A stretch of DNA of 64,000 nucleotides from Limisphaerales bacterium (GTDB taxonomy: Bacteria; Verrucomicrobiota; Verrucomicrobiia; Limisphaerales; UBA11358). The position numbers were made by a program, and so were the translations under genes. Below are positions 10,121-19,965 of this stretch, piece after piece. The notes under the pieces were generated by a model. That model ran no database searches, was not told the DNA's origin, and saw only the letters and a program-made list of their open reading frames with translations. Numbering within the stretch: the first letter of the stretch is position 1; each line of letters opens with the position of its first letter. The DNA lies in the NCBI GenBank assembly GCA_025362675.1, contig JANYFN010000226.1, forward strand, positions 3,835 to 67,834, read 5' to 3'.

Positions 10121-13100
10121 TGAAACGTAAAAAAATATTTTCCGTTCTCGCCGCCGCGTGGCTCGCAGGCAGCGCCGCTGCGTCCGCGCAAACGGCGTTG
10201 AGCAATCTCGTCTTCGCCGTCGGCACGACCATTCAAAATCCGAACGGGCAAAACCTGTCGTATCTGGAGATCGGTTCACAAGCCTCGTCGTTATTGGCCG
10301 GAAAGCAGTTCGCGGTTTACGGAAAAAATGGTTTTGCGACCAACGCGGGCACGTTCACGTTGCGAGGAAAAATGTTTTTGCAGACTTCAACGGCGGCCAT
10401 CAGCTCGCTGCTCAATCAATCCGTGGCGTTGCGCGACGACCTGACTTCGTTGAGCAATACGTTGAATGTGGTGCTGCGGAAAATTCCCGGCGCAGTCAGC
10501 CAGCCACTCGATCAAAAATTATCCACCGCGCTCCAGCTTGCCATCACCGATCCGGAGCTGCGCGGCACACTAGATTTTCTGGGGCGAAACCATCCGGGGA
10601 TTTTGCTTTGCGATGGACAGGCGTTCAGCGAAGCGATCAGCGGCGTTACCACTTACGAAATCCGCGAACTCAATCCGACGAGCGGCAACGCCGGCGATGT
10701 GATCGGCCGTGTCACCGTCGTCCCTGGCAGCCCGGTGATTTTGCCCGCGCCCGGATTTCCGTTTCAACTCGCGACGGCGGGATCGTCGTTTCGTGACAAC
10801 ACGAATAACAACGCCGAGCGCATCAAAATTTATCTGCGCTGGGGCACGCCGCCCGAGCTGCGCCGCCTCGCGCTGCTCAACTTCGGCTTCAACGTCTGGC
10901 GCATGGACAAAGCGACGGCAGAACAAAATAATTTCAACGTCACCCCGCCGTCATCGCTCGCGCAACTTTACACCAACGCCACGCTCGCGAACGACGCGCC
11001 GGTCATGGCCACGAAGGATTTTGCAGCGAATAATCCGGGGGACACCACCGACACCACCACGTTTTTCTTCGTGGATGACAATGGCCGCAAGTTCGGAATG
11101 CCCATGTTCATTGACGGCGCGCAGTATTACTATTTTATCACCGCCCGCGACATTCTTGGCCGCGACGGCTCGGTTTCTCCCGGCACGCTCGCGACTGCGT
11201 GCCGCCAACTCACGCCCGCCGCGCCGACTGGCTTGAAAGTGAAAAATATTTTGCAGGCCGTTTCCGTCGGCGGTGTCGCGACAAACCAGCCGCGTTTGCA
11301 ATTGAGCTGGACACAAAACACCGACACGAATGACAACGTGACTGAGTATTGGATTTACCGCTGGGACAACCCGACGATGGCGCTGACCAATAGTGCGGAC
11401 TCACTAATAAACCGAGTTGGCACTGTCTCGCAACTTTCGACAAACCTGCTCAATCAGTTTGTAGACGGCGGCACGAATCTGCCAACGGTTCCGAGCGCGA
11501 GCAATTATTGGTTCACCGTGCGCGCCGTGAGTCAGGCCCGGTGCGGGCCGTTACTCTCGCCGCAGAGTGCCCCCGCGTGGGGCGTATTGCGCGAACGCCA
11601 AGGCCCGGATGCCGCGACCGGCGAAGTGCTTGGCAGTTGCGGCACGCCCGTGGTGATGTTCCAAAATTTCAACACGCTCACAAATCCCGCCAACACGAAT
11701 GGACAAAATTTAAGTTATCGCCTGACGTGCCAGCGGCGCGATGCCGCGATCGCGTGGGTGTTGTTCACGTTGAACTCCACGGCAGGAACAAACGTCATCG
11801 GCCCCGTGCAATTTCCGCCGGAGGGCGATACGGTTTCCGTGGATGTTACCGTGCCGAACTTTCTCACGTCCGCATTTGCAACCAATCAAATCGTCTGCAC
11901 CGTCGGGGATTTCGAGGATAATAATTCCGCGCCCGTAACAAATTATTTTATCACGTCAGTCACCGCGACGGGTTCGCAACAAGAGGCGGTTTTTTTCGCG
12001 GGCGAAATTTTGCTCACCGCGCTGAATTCTTCGGACCCGCTGCTGTTCGCACTCAACGGTGGATATTCCATTTGCTCTGAAACGATTGCCGTCACGCCGT
12101 ATCCCGACGGCACGGTGAGCATGAGAATGGTCGGTGACGGCAACCTGAATGTCCCGCGCATGATCCAGGTTTTTAAGAACCAAAGTAACAATTGGGCCGA
12201 TGTCGCCATCGCGTGGCCAGACACCAATCATGTTTATTGGGTTTCCTATCCCGCGTGTTTGATCGGGCCGCTACCGACGTTTCGCGGTTGTATCGCGAAT
12301 GTTCCCGGCACTGGCGATTGCGACCAGCACGTCACCAGCGCAGGCAACACGGTGGCCCCGATCATCGTGCGTTTCCGGCCCACCTTTCGCTCGCGCGAAT
12401 ATCGTCTCTACCGTCGCGCTGATGACGGCCCAGCCATCCTCTTGGCGCAAGGCCAAACCACTTTTGATTCGGCAAATCCCAGCCGCGCTATCGTCATTCC
12501 TGACGACGCCATGCCGCCGAGCGCCGCGCACCTCTGCTATTATGTCCAACTGCTTGACGAACACGGCAACGGCAGTCCGCTCGCGTTGCTCGGCTGCAAA
12601 TACGCCACGCCCTCCGTCATGCCGCGCCCCGTGCTCGCCGAGCCGAAACCCATCGGCGACACGAATCATCCGCAAGTGCAGCTCAACTGGTTTTGTCCGG
12701 TCGCCGGCGTCCACCGCTTTCAAATCCTGATTCATCGCGACGACCAGAACGGCGGCGGCCAGCCCACCGGTTTGAAGGGATTAAATTTATCCAAGCGGGC
12801 TGCCTATAATTCTCAAAAATCCTACGCCGGATTGTCCGTCCAAAATAAACGCTATCTCATTTTTGAAGAAGCCCAGATCACTCCGCCCATCAGTGCAGAT
12901 TTTGGCCCCGGCCCGCAATTTTCGCTGACTGCCGACGTGGTCGCCGGCGGCACTTACACCGTCAGCGTTGGTGTTTTGAACGACCACGATAATTCTTACG
13001 CCACTTCCGAGCCGCAAACGTTCACTTGGAAATTCGTCAATACGAACATTCAAAACGTCCCGTGGCCCGCGCGCCCGTTGCCTTCCGTCACGCATTTCGA

Positions 13101-13728
13101 TGATGATAACGGCGGGACAAATTATCGCGTGGCCGCCGTGCTGATGCGCACCAACAATTTCAACGCACAAACTTTTCCGGACACTCGCTATCCCGTGGGT
13201 ATCCGCATCGGCAGTCTCGCTAGTTTCAACTATGCCGGAAATGGCGCGCTCCACTTCAATGTCGGCACGACAAATTTTTTCTCTTACTCCAGTCCAGTAT
13301 TCACCGATTTGGATCCGACGCATTTTCTGTTCACCCGCAATTCCTCCAAGCCTGATCAAGCCGGACAATCCTTGTTGCCCATCGTGGTCTATCGTCAGCA
13401 AGTGACCAACGCCCTGTTTGCAAAAGTTTCCGGCAGCCTGGTTCAAGTGACACCCATGCTGGAAAAACTTGCCTGGCGGTATTTTTCCAACTTCACTGGC
13501 ACGGTCCAAGTCCCCAGTGGAACCGCCATCTTTGACCTCCTTATCGCCGGCGGCACCGAACTGATTTCTCAAGGCGGCACTTTTGCAAACGTCAATTATC
13601 TTTACCTCCGCGACCAGCAGCCCGTGATGATCGGCGCGAGTTATCATTATTACGTCGTTCGCTTTAACACGAAACACGAAGTCGCCGAAACCATTGATGC
13701 CGGCACCGTCACCATTCCGCCGAACTGA
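10120..13728 (+). CDS. Secreted 1202-aa protein with Fn3/Ig-like segments, function unknown
   Basis: The ATG overlaps the upstream TGA by 1 nt (TGATG, 10118-10122). Signal peptide is MKRKKIFSVLAAAWLAGSAAASAQ. Has an Fn3-like stretch PAAPTGLKVKN...LSWTQNTDTNDNVTEYWIYRW. Confidence 0.75.
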   Translation: MKRKKIFSVLAAAWLAGSAAASAQTALSNLVFAVGTTIQNPNGQNLSYLEIGSQASSLLAGKQFAVYGKNGFATNAGTFTLRGKMFLQTSTAAISSLLNQSVALRDDLTSLSNTLNVVLRKIPGAVSQPLDQKLSTALQLAITDPELRGTLDFLGRNHPGILLCDGQAFSEAISGVTTYEIRELNPTSGNAGDVIGRVTVVPGSPVILPAPGFPFQLATAGSSFRDNTNNNAERIKIYLRWGTPPELRRLALLNFGFNVWRMDKATAEQNNFNVTPPSSLAQLYTNATLANDAPVMATKDFAANNPGDTTDTTTFFFVDDNGRKFGMPMFIDGAQYYYFITARDILGRDGSVSPGTLATACRQLTPAAPTGLKVKNILQAVSVGGVATNQPRLQLSWTQNTDTNDNVTEYWIYRWDNPTMALTNSADSLINRVGTVSQLSTNLLNQFVDGGTNLPTVPSASNYWFTVRAVSQARCGPLLSPQSAPAWGVLRERQGPDAATGEVLGSCGTPVVMFQNFNTLTNPANTNGQNLSYRLTCQRRDAAIAWVLFTLNSTAGTNVIGPVQFPPEGDTVSVDVTVPNFLTSAFATNQIVCTVGDFEDNNSAPVTNYFITSVTATGSQQEAVFFAGEILLTALNSSDPLLFALNGGYSICSETIAVTPYPDGTVSMRMVGDGNLNVPRMIQVFKNQSNNWADVAIAWPDTNHVYWVSYPACLIGPLPTFRGCIANVPGTGDCDQHVTSAGNTVAPIIVRFRPTFRSREYRLYRRADDGPAILLAQGQTTFDSANPSRAIVIPDDAMPPSAAHLCYYVQLLDEHGNGSPLALLGCKYATPSVMPRPVLAEPKPIGDTNHPQVQLNWFCPVAGVHRFQILIHRDDQNGGGQPTGLKGLNLSKRAAYNSQKSYAGLSVQNKRYLIFEEAQITPPISADFGPGPQFSLTADVVAGGTYTVSVGVLNDHDNSYATSEPQTFTWKFVNTNIQNVPWPARPLPSVTHFDDDNGGTNYRVAAVLMRTNNFNAQTFPDTRYPVGIRIGSLASFNYAGNGALHFNVGTTNFFSYSSPVFTDLDPTHFLFTRNSSKPDQAGQSLLPIVVYRQQVTNALFAKVSGSLVQVTPMLEKLAWRYFSNFTGTVQVPSGTAIFDLLIAGGTELISQGGTFANVNYLYLRDQQPVMIGASYHYYVVRFNTKHEVAETIDAGTVTIPPN

Positions 13729-13737
13729 ATTTGCGCC

Positions 13738-16626
13738 ATGAAAATTTTTTGCAAACTTTTCCGCCCGCTGCTCGCGCTGTTTTTTTTCGGCAGTTTGGTT
13801 TTGGAAAACAATCTGCGCGCGGCTACCGCGTTCGTGTATGACACCGGCACAGAGCTGCTGACCTCGGCTGATTTCAACAACGACGCCATCGCCGATGTGT
13901 TGGTGCTCGACAAAGCGACCGGCAACCTCCGCGCCGGATTGCTCGACGCCGCTGGAAATTTGTCGTGGTCCGCTCCGCTCGTCAGCGGCGTGGAAAACGC
14001 CACGAGCCTCGCCATCGGAAATTTTTTAACTAACGGCCTGAACGCCGTCGCCGTGACCGCGCCGGATTTTAACCGCATCAATCTCGTCAGCTTGGCGAAC
14101 ACGAATAGCGCCACCAACGCGGTCATCGGGCCAGTGTTTGGCATCGGGCCAAACTCGCTCATCACGCTGGACAATCCGTTTGGCGCGGCGATTTCTTTGC
14201 CCACGAACTTGCTCGTCGCCACGTCGCACAACGCGGGCAACATTGAAACGCTCGAACGGATGCAAGTGTTCAACGGTTTCAGCATCACGCCGTTTTCGCC
14301 CGCGCAGTTCAACGAAACCAATTTGTTTGAACGTGGCAACTCGCTCGCGTTGAATCCGTCCAACTCGCCAAGCTTCGCCGCCGGCCTCGCGCGCGGCGCA
14401 AACGCTGATCGCTTCGACATTCTGCAATTCACCAACGCGCCCGGCGGCATTTTGGTTTCGCTCACGAATCTTCCCGCCGGCGGCGATTATGCGTTCGGCA
14501 ATTTCAATGGCGAAACCTTACCGCGTTTCGCGTTTTACCAGCCGGGAACTTCCAACGTGATTTTTGCCTCGCTGCTCGCCGGAACCAACGGCCTGATGTT
14601 TGGCACCAATGTTTCGTTCGCGCTGGCGGAAGCCGTGAAAAATATTTTTTATCTTCCGTCCACCCCGGGAACGTTTCTCGTCGAATTTTCCGATGGCGTT
14701 CAAGCCCTGCAATTTTCCGGCAACACGCCTGTGGCTGGAAATATATACGGCGGTGGATTCGCGGGAACGAACAACGTTTTTACCGGCATAATTCCGCTCG
14801 CGAATGGACAATTTGTTTTGCTCGACGCGGCGGCGGGCGCGACGGCATCCACGCACGCGCAAGTCATGAAGTTCGATGGCACCAATTTTTCACAGATCAG
14901 TTCGTCTGCGTTGCCTGCGATTTCTTCGCGCACCACGCGCGCGAACGTCTGGCTGTTTCAAACCGAGCCATTCGTCAATCGTGACGCGGGTTTTATCTCA
15001 TCGCTCGCCTCGCCCGACTGGAGCGATTTCATCACCGGGCTGCCGGGATCTTTTTCCGTCCTGAAAGAATCCGATAGCGGCAGCGGAACCGGACTCGGAA
15101 ATTTCGTCACCAACAATCTTGGAAGCTCGCCGCCGGGCGCGAACTTCGGTTTGCCGAATCAAGTCGCCGATGGCATCTCCGTGTTCAGTTACGCGCCACC
15201 GCGCGCAGCGGAGCCGGTGACCATCACCATTGCTCCGCCACCGGGATTCTACAGCAGCGCCATTCAGATTTCGTTGAGTGCGCTCGCGCCGGGCGGTTTG
15301 ATCTATTATCGCACCGCCGCGACCGACAGTTGGCAACTATACGCCACGCCGTTTGGCCTCACTAACAACACCGCAGTGGAATATTACGGCGTAGGTTTTT
15401 CTGGCGCGCATTCACGGCTGCTCACCGCTGGTTATTTCTTTGCCAATTCCATCACGCCGACCACCACGCTGAACCTCACCAACGGCGTGCCATCGACGAA
15501 CAGTCCGACCGCGCCTAGCGGTGGTGACAATGTGGTGCTCTCATCCGGTGGAACCATTTTTTATGGACGCAAAAATTTATCCGGCGGTGCTATATGGGCG
15601 ATCAATCTTGATGGCAGTGGCGACACTTACCTCACGACCGGCGCGCGGCCTCGCGTCTCGCACGACGGACGTTATCTTGCCCTCATGCGCGGCACAAATG
15701 TGTTCGGCGGCAGCGGTGGCGACATCTGGCTGCGTGATTTATCCACGGGCATTGAACGAAAATTTTTTACAAACACTGGGCAAATCGTTGGCTACGATTG
15801 GGATTCCGCCTCGCCCCCGAATTTGATTTTGGATTCGGGCTGCAATTTCTGGCAAGCCCCGCTGTCTAATGCGGCGGCTATTTTTCCGCTGACTGGCAGT
15901 TGCTATTTTGCCGCACCCTCGGTCAATCCAATCGATGGTAGCGTCGCCTTTTTTGATTCCAGCACCGGTGGTGGTATCCGCACGAGTTCGGCCACCGGCG
16001 GACTTTCCACGCATCTCACCTCGACCATGGTAAATTCTCGCTGGCCGGCGTGGTCGCCCGACGGCACGCGCCTTGCATTCTGTTACCTCAATAATTTTTA
16101 CGCCAACAACGGTCTGGCGGATATCTACACCGTCAATGCCGACGGTTCCGCGCTCGCGCAAATATCCGCGTTTACCAACGTCAACGACGGATTTTTATTT
16201 GGCACCATCTGGACGCCAACGGGAAAAGGTTTGGTCGGCGCGGGTTCTATTTACGGCGTGAATGGACTTTGGCTAATCCCATTGACCGCTGACGCGCAGC
16301 AATGCGATTGCCCGGCGAAATTATTGCCCACAAGTTCAGGCGACCCGATTGATTTTGCCGGGTCCATCATTGCCGCACCCGCGCCGGTCATAGCGAAACC
16401 CGCCCTATTTATCCGCATGGATCAGACTAACATCGTCGTTTATTGGAGCACCAATTATCAGGGCTTCCATCTTCAGGCGACTGCAAACCTGAGCCAGAAT
16501 ATTTCGTGGAACGACATCACCGGCCCCTATTTTCAAAACAGCGGTTACTACGAATACCGCGAGCCTAAGACGACACTGTTGGCGACAAAATATTTCCAAC
16601 TGGCATATCCTGGCATCCATCCGTAG
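13738..16626 (+). CDS. Secreted 962-aa protein with FG-GAP/VCBS-like repeats, a TolB/PD40-like beta-propeller and a C-terminal W...YFQL module
   Basis: Separated by 9 nt from the upstream stop, with a signal peptide. Shows FG-GAP-like repeats (ADFNNDAIADVLVLD, AIGNFLTNGLNAVAV, AFGNFNGETLPRFAF) and PD40-like repeats (VSHDGRYLALMR, WSPDGTRLAFC, YTVNADGS). Confidence 0.75.
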   Translation: MKIFCKLFRPLLALFFFGSLVLENNLRAATAFVYDTGTELLTSADFNNDAIADVLVLDKATGNLRAGLLDAAGNLSWSAPLVSGVENATSLAIGNFLTNGLNAVAVTAPDFNRINLVSLANTNSATNAVIGPVFGIGPNSLITLDNPFGAAISLPTNLLVATSHNAGNIETLERMQVFNGFSITPFSPAQFNETNLFERGNSLALNPSNSPSFAAGLARGANADRFDILQFTNAPGGILVSLTNLPAGGDYAFGNFNGETLPRFAFYQPGTSNVIFASLLAGTNGLMFGTNVSFALAEAVKNIFYLPSTPGTFLVEFSDGVQALQFSGNTPVAGNIYGGGFAGTNNVFTGIIPLANGQFVLLDAAAGATASTHAQVMKFDGTNFSQISSSALPAISSRTTRANVWLFQTEPFVNRDAGFISSLASPDWSDFITGLPGSFSVLKESDSGSGTGLGNFVTNNLGSSPPGANFGLPNQVADGISVFSYAPPRAAEPVTITIAPPPGFYSSAIQISLSALAPGGLIYYRTAATDSWQLYATPFGLTNNTAVEYYGVGFSGAHSRLLTAGYFFANSITPTTTLNLTNGVPSTNSPTAPSGGDNVVLSSGGTIFYGRKNLSGGAIWAINLDGSGDTYLTTGARPRVSHDGRYLALMRGTNVFGGSGGDIWLRDLSTGIERKFFTNTGQIVGYDWDSASPPNLILDSGCNFWQAPLSNAAAIFPLTGSCYFAAPSVNPIDGSVAFFDSSTGGGIRTSSATGGLSTHLTSTMVNSRWPAWSPDGTRLAFCYLNNFYANNGLADIYTVNADGSALAQISAFTNVNDGFLFGTIWTPTGKGLVGAGSIYGVNGLWLIPLTADAQQCDCPAKLLPTSSGDPIDFAGSIIAAPAPVIAKPALFIRMDQTNIVVYWSTNYQGFHLQATANLSQNISWNDITGPYFQNSGYYEYREPKTTLLATKYFQLAYPGIHP

Positions 16627-17093
16627 CAACCCAAACTTTCAGTGCTACTTATGGGCAACTTTATAAAGCACTATTAGCCATCGAACTTAGCACCTTTCCA
16701 CTTGCGCGGGCAAAAAGAAGGATCGCTTGTGGCAACATGTGGCGAAATAATCCACCTTCTGTCCGACAAATTCGAAATAAGATTTCAACCATGAAAACCG
16801 ATAACATCGCAACGAGAAACTCAGCCTGTCCGTTCACGGATTGCGTAAAAGTTATCAAACCGTGGCCGTGCTTGCGCGCATTGATTTCGCGGTCATGGGC
16901 GTGAAATTTTTGCCATCATGAAACCACGGACGGCGGCAAACCCATCGTGCTTAAACAACTTATCAGACTAAAACCAACCGGACGCGGGCACAGCGGATTT
17001 TAGGTGCGCCCTACCCTGCTTGGTATCGGGGATGAGCGTAAATCGTTTCTTGTTTTTCGGGCGGTGGTAAAGCATCTTGCGTTAGAATTTTAA

Positions 17094-17546
17094 ATGAGTC
17101 CAAACACATCCAAAGCACTGCGTTTTTTGCAAAGCTGGGTCATCAATACGGTGGCGGTGATGGTGGCGGTGATGATTTTGCGGGGCGGTATCAGTTACGA
17201 AAACAAGTTAGAAAACTTGCTGGTGGCTTCGCTGTTGCTGGGTATTCTCAATGCCTTCGTGCGGCCGATCTTGATGCTGATCGCCCTGCCCTTGCTGATT
17301 TTCACACTAGGCTTATTTCAAATGGTGATCAATGCCTTGTTGTTGTATCTCGTGGGCGCGCTGATGCAACCGCATTTTCAGGTGAACAGTTTTGGCTACG
17401 CTTTCCTCGGCGCGCTGATCATCAGCATCATTTCCATCGCGCTCAATCTGCTGACAGGTAATTCCCGCGTATCGGTGAACCGGCGGCGTCCGCCGGGCCC
17501 GCCAAAAAATTCAGGCGGCGGCGGCGGTTCGGTGATTGACGTTTGA
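17094..17546 (+). CDS. Small integral membrane protein, phage-holin-4 / YvlD-like family
   Basis: 150 aa with four predicted TM helices. The pattern NAFVRPILMLIALPLLIFTLGLF...NALLLYLV is typical of this family. Has a Gly/Pro-rich tail. Confidence 0.65.
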   Translation: MSPNTSKALRFLQSWVINTVAVMVAVMILRGGISYENKLENLLVASLLLGILNAFVRPILMLIALPLLIFTLGLFQMVINALLLYLVGALMQPHFQVNSFGYAFLGALIISIISIALNLLTGNSRVSVNRRRPPGPPKNSGGGGGSVIDV

Positions 17547-17611
17547 AGCAGTTTTATTTTTTTAATTTCAGGTGATACCCGTGCGGTTTTGCCACAACTT
17601 AAAATTCAAAA

Positions 17612-18217
17612 CTAACAATTAAGAACTTGGTAGGCCGCGCGCAACGTTGGTATTCCTTGGGCATTAAATTCCCGCTCAAAATCAGTAGTGATTTCAACGA
17701 GTGACGCGGGCGTTTCGGTGGCCACAAATTCTTTCGCTGCGGCAAACACTTCAGTCATCTGCGAGAAATAATCGGTGTCATCCGTGCGCAAAAAAACGGT
17801 GCCGCCAGGCATCAATGCGGTGCGAGCCAGGGCGGGAAAATTTTCATTGATGAGGCGGTGACGGCGATGTTTCTTCTTGGGCCACGGATCGGGAAAATAA
17901 ATATGCAGGGCAGCGGCGGCATGTGGCGGGAGGAGGTATTCCAGAAAATACGAGGATTCGATGCGCACGCCGCGCGTGTTGGTGAGTCCGTGGCGACGTC
18001 CTTTTTTATCAAGTTTTTGGACACGACCGAGTAAGCGTTCGACGCCGATGAAATTGGTGTTCGGATGGCGCCGCGCGTATTCGATCAGGAATGACGCGTC
18101 ACCGCAGCCGAGCTCAACTTCGAGGGGTTGGGGCTGCGGGAAAAGCTGCGCCAGTTCAATCCGTTCAAGAATCGTCGGCAGCTCGTAGAGCAAGGAGTTG
18201 GGGGCAGTTGAATTCAA
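17612..18217 (-). CDS. trmB: tRNA (guanine-N7)-methyltransferase
   Basis: 201 aa. Carries the SAM-binding motif ELGCGDA and the hallmark FPDPWPKKKHRRHRL. Confidence 0.9.
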   Translation of the reverse strand: MNSTAPNSLLYELPTILERIELAQLFPQPQPLEVELGCGDASFLIEYARRHPNTNFIGVERLLGRVQKLDKKGRRHGLTNTRGVRIESSYFLEYLLPPHAAAALHIYFPDPWPKKKHRRHRLINENFPALARTALMPGGTVFLRTDDTDYFSQMTEVFAAAKEFVATETPASLVEITTDFEREFNAQGIPTLRAAYQVLNC

Positions 18218-18363
18218 TCGGTTCGAATAATTTTGCTGTGAAGGCTAGCGCCGCGCGGCTACGGGCGGAAGCTATTTTTGCGCGTCTCGCCAGTTAAACG
18301 CTCGTGAGCGGACGCGCCTATTTAATTATTCGCACTTTTGTATGTTTGCGCTAATTTTCCCGC

Positions 18364-19965
18364 GTGAAACAATTCGATTTTCTCATTCTCGGCAGCGGTA
18401 TCGCGGGGCTGACATTTGCGCTCAAAGTTGCACCGCATGGTCGCGTGGCCATCGTCACGAAGAAAGATCGCGCGGAGTCGAACACGAACTACGCGCAAGG
18501 CGGCATCGCGTCGGTGACGAGCAAGGAAGATTCTTTTAAGTCGCATGTCAGTGATACGCTGACGGCGGGTGCGGGGTTGTGCAATGAAAGGGTGGTGCGA
18601 ACGATTGTGGAGGAAGGTCCGGCGCGGATCGCGGAGTTGATCGCAATGGGGATGAAATTTTCGGAGAGCAATGCCCCGAGCGAGGACGGCGGCAAGCAGT
18701 TGGATCTCGGGCGCGAGGGCGGTCATTCGGAGCGGCGCATTTTGCACGCGAAAGATGTGACGGGCCGCGAGGTGGAACGGGCGTTGCTGAACGCCGTTTC
18801 CAAGCAGCCAAATATTGAGATTTTTGAAAATCATCTAGGGATTGATCTGATCACCAGCCAGAAGCTGGGCTACGTCGGCGAGAACCGTTGTGTGGGCGCG
18901 TATGTTTTTGATAAAAAAAGTAATCGCGTCAAAACCTTTTCCGCACCGGTCACGCTGCTCGCGACGGGCGGCTGCGGGAAGGTTTATCTCTACACGACGA
19001 ATCCGGATATCGCGACGGGCGATGGCGTGGCGATGGCGTATCGCGCCGGAGCGGCGATCGCGGATATGGAGTTCGTGCAGTTTCATCCGACGTGTCTGTA
19101 TCATCCGAAAGCAAAATCTTTTCTTATCAGCGAAGCCGTGCGCGGCGAAGGCGGCGTGCTGAAGACGCTGGATGGCCGGGAGTTCATGGATAGTTATCAC
19201 GCAATGAAATCGCTGGCGCCGCGCGATATCGTGGCGCGGGCGATTGATAGTGAGATGAAAAAAACGGGCGCGGATTGCGTGCTGCTAGATATCACGCACA
19301 AGCCGGCGAAATATATCATCGAACGGTTTCCGAACATTTATCAGACGTGCCTTAACTACGGCATCGACATCACGAAGGAAGCGATCCCGGTGGTGCCGGC
19401 GGCGCATTATCAATGCGGCGGCGTGGCGACCAACGTCGATGGCGAGACCGATATCGCGGGCCTATACGCGGTGGGCGAAGTGGCTTGCACGGGTTTGCAC
19501 GGCGCGAACCGGCTGGCGAGCAATTCACTTTTGGAGGCGATGGTTTGTGCGCATCGCGCCTCGGTAAAAATATTGAGCACCCCGCCGCCGAAGCTGGAGC
19601 TGAGCATCCCGCTGTGGCAATCCGGTCACGCGACGAATGCGGATGAACTGGTGGTGGTGGCGCATAACTGGGATGAGATCCGCCGTTTGATGTGGGACTA
19701 TGTGGGCATTGTGCGGACAAATAAACGGTTGCTGCGGGCGCAATCGCGGCTCGCGAATCTGCAACAGGAGATCCAGGAATACTATTGGGATTTCAACGTG
19801 ACGGCGGACTTGCTGGAACTTCGCAATATCGCGACGGTGGCGGAACTGATTGTGCGTTGCGCACTGATGCGCCCGGAAAGTCGCGGGCTAAATTACAATC
19901 TGGATTTTCCGGATCTCAATCCCGAGTGGGCGCAGCGTGACAGCGTGGTGCGGCGCGGCAATTAA
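18364..19965 (+). CDS. nadB: L-aspartate oxidase
   Basis: 533 aa with a GTG start. Has the FAD motif DFLILGSGIAGL, plus YAQGGIA, HPTCL and GLYAVGEVACTGLHGANRLASNSLLE. Confidence 0.92.
   Translation: MKQFDFLILGSGIAGLTFALKVAPHGRVAIVTKKDRAESNTNYAQGGIASVTSKEDSFKSHVSDTLTAGAGLCNERVVRTIVEEGPARIAELIAMGMKFSESNAPSEDGGKQLDLGREGGHSERRILHAKDVTGREVERALLNAVSKQPNIEIFENHLGIDLITSQKLGYVGENRCVGAYVFDKKSNRVKTFSAPVTLLATGGCGKVYLYTTNPDIATGDGVAMAYRAGAAIADMEFVQFHPTCLYHPKAKSFLISEAVRGEGGVLKTLDGREFMDSYHAMKSLAPRDIVARAIDSEMKKTGADCVLLDITHKPAKYIIERFPNIYQTCLNYGIDITKEAIPVVPAAHYQCGGVATNVDGETDIAGLYAVGEVACTGLHGANRLASNSLLEAMVCAHRASVKILSTPPPKLELSIPLWQSGHATNADELVVVAHNWDEIRRLMWDYVGIVRTNKRLLRAQSRLANLQQEIQEYYWDFNVTADLLELRNIATVAELIVRCALMRPESRGLNYNLDFPDLNPEWAQRDSVVRRGN

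Noticed and set aside
16661-16858. 65-aa ORF in the ~470-nt spacer after the giant operon.
   Set aside because: It sits in a low-GC patch with no signal, motif or coupling to neighbours. There is insufficient support.
19962-19965. 4-nt convergent overlap of the nadB and PL11/PATR gene stops.
   Set aside because: It is real in the sequence, but it is a common consequence of compact convergent genes. No terminator or regulatory structure was discernible.
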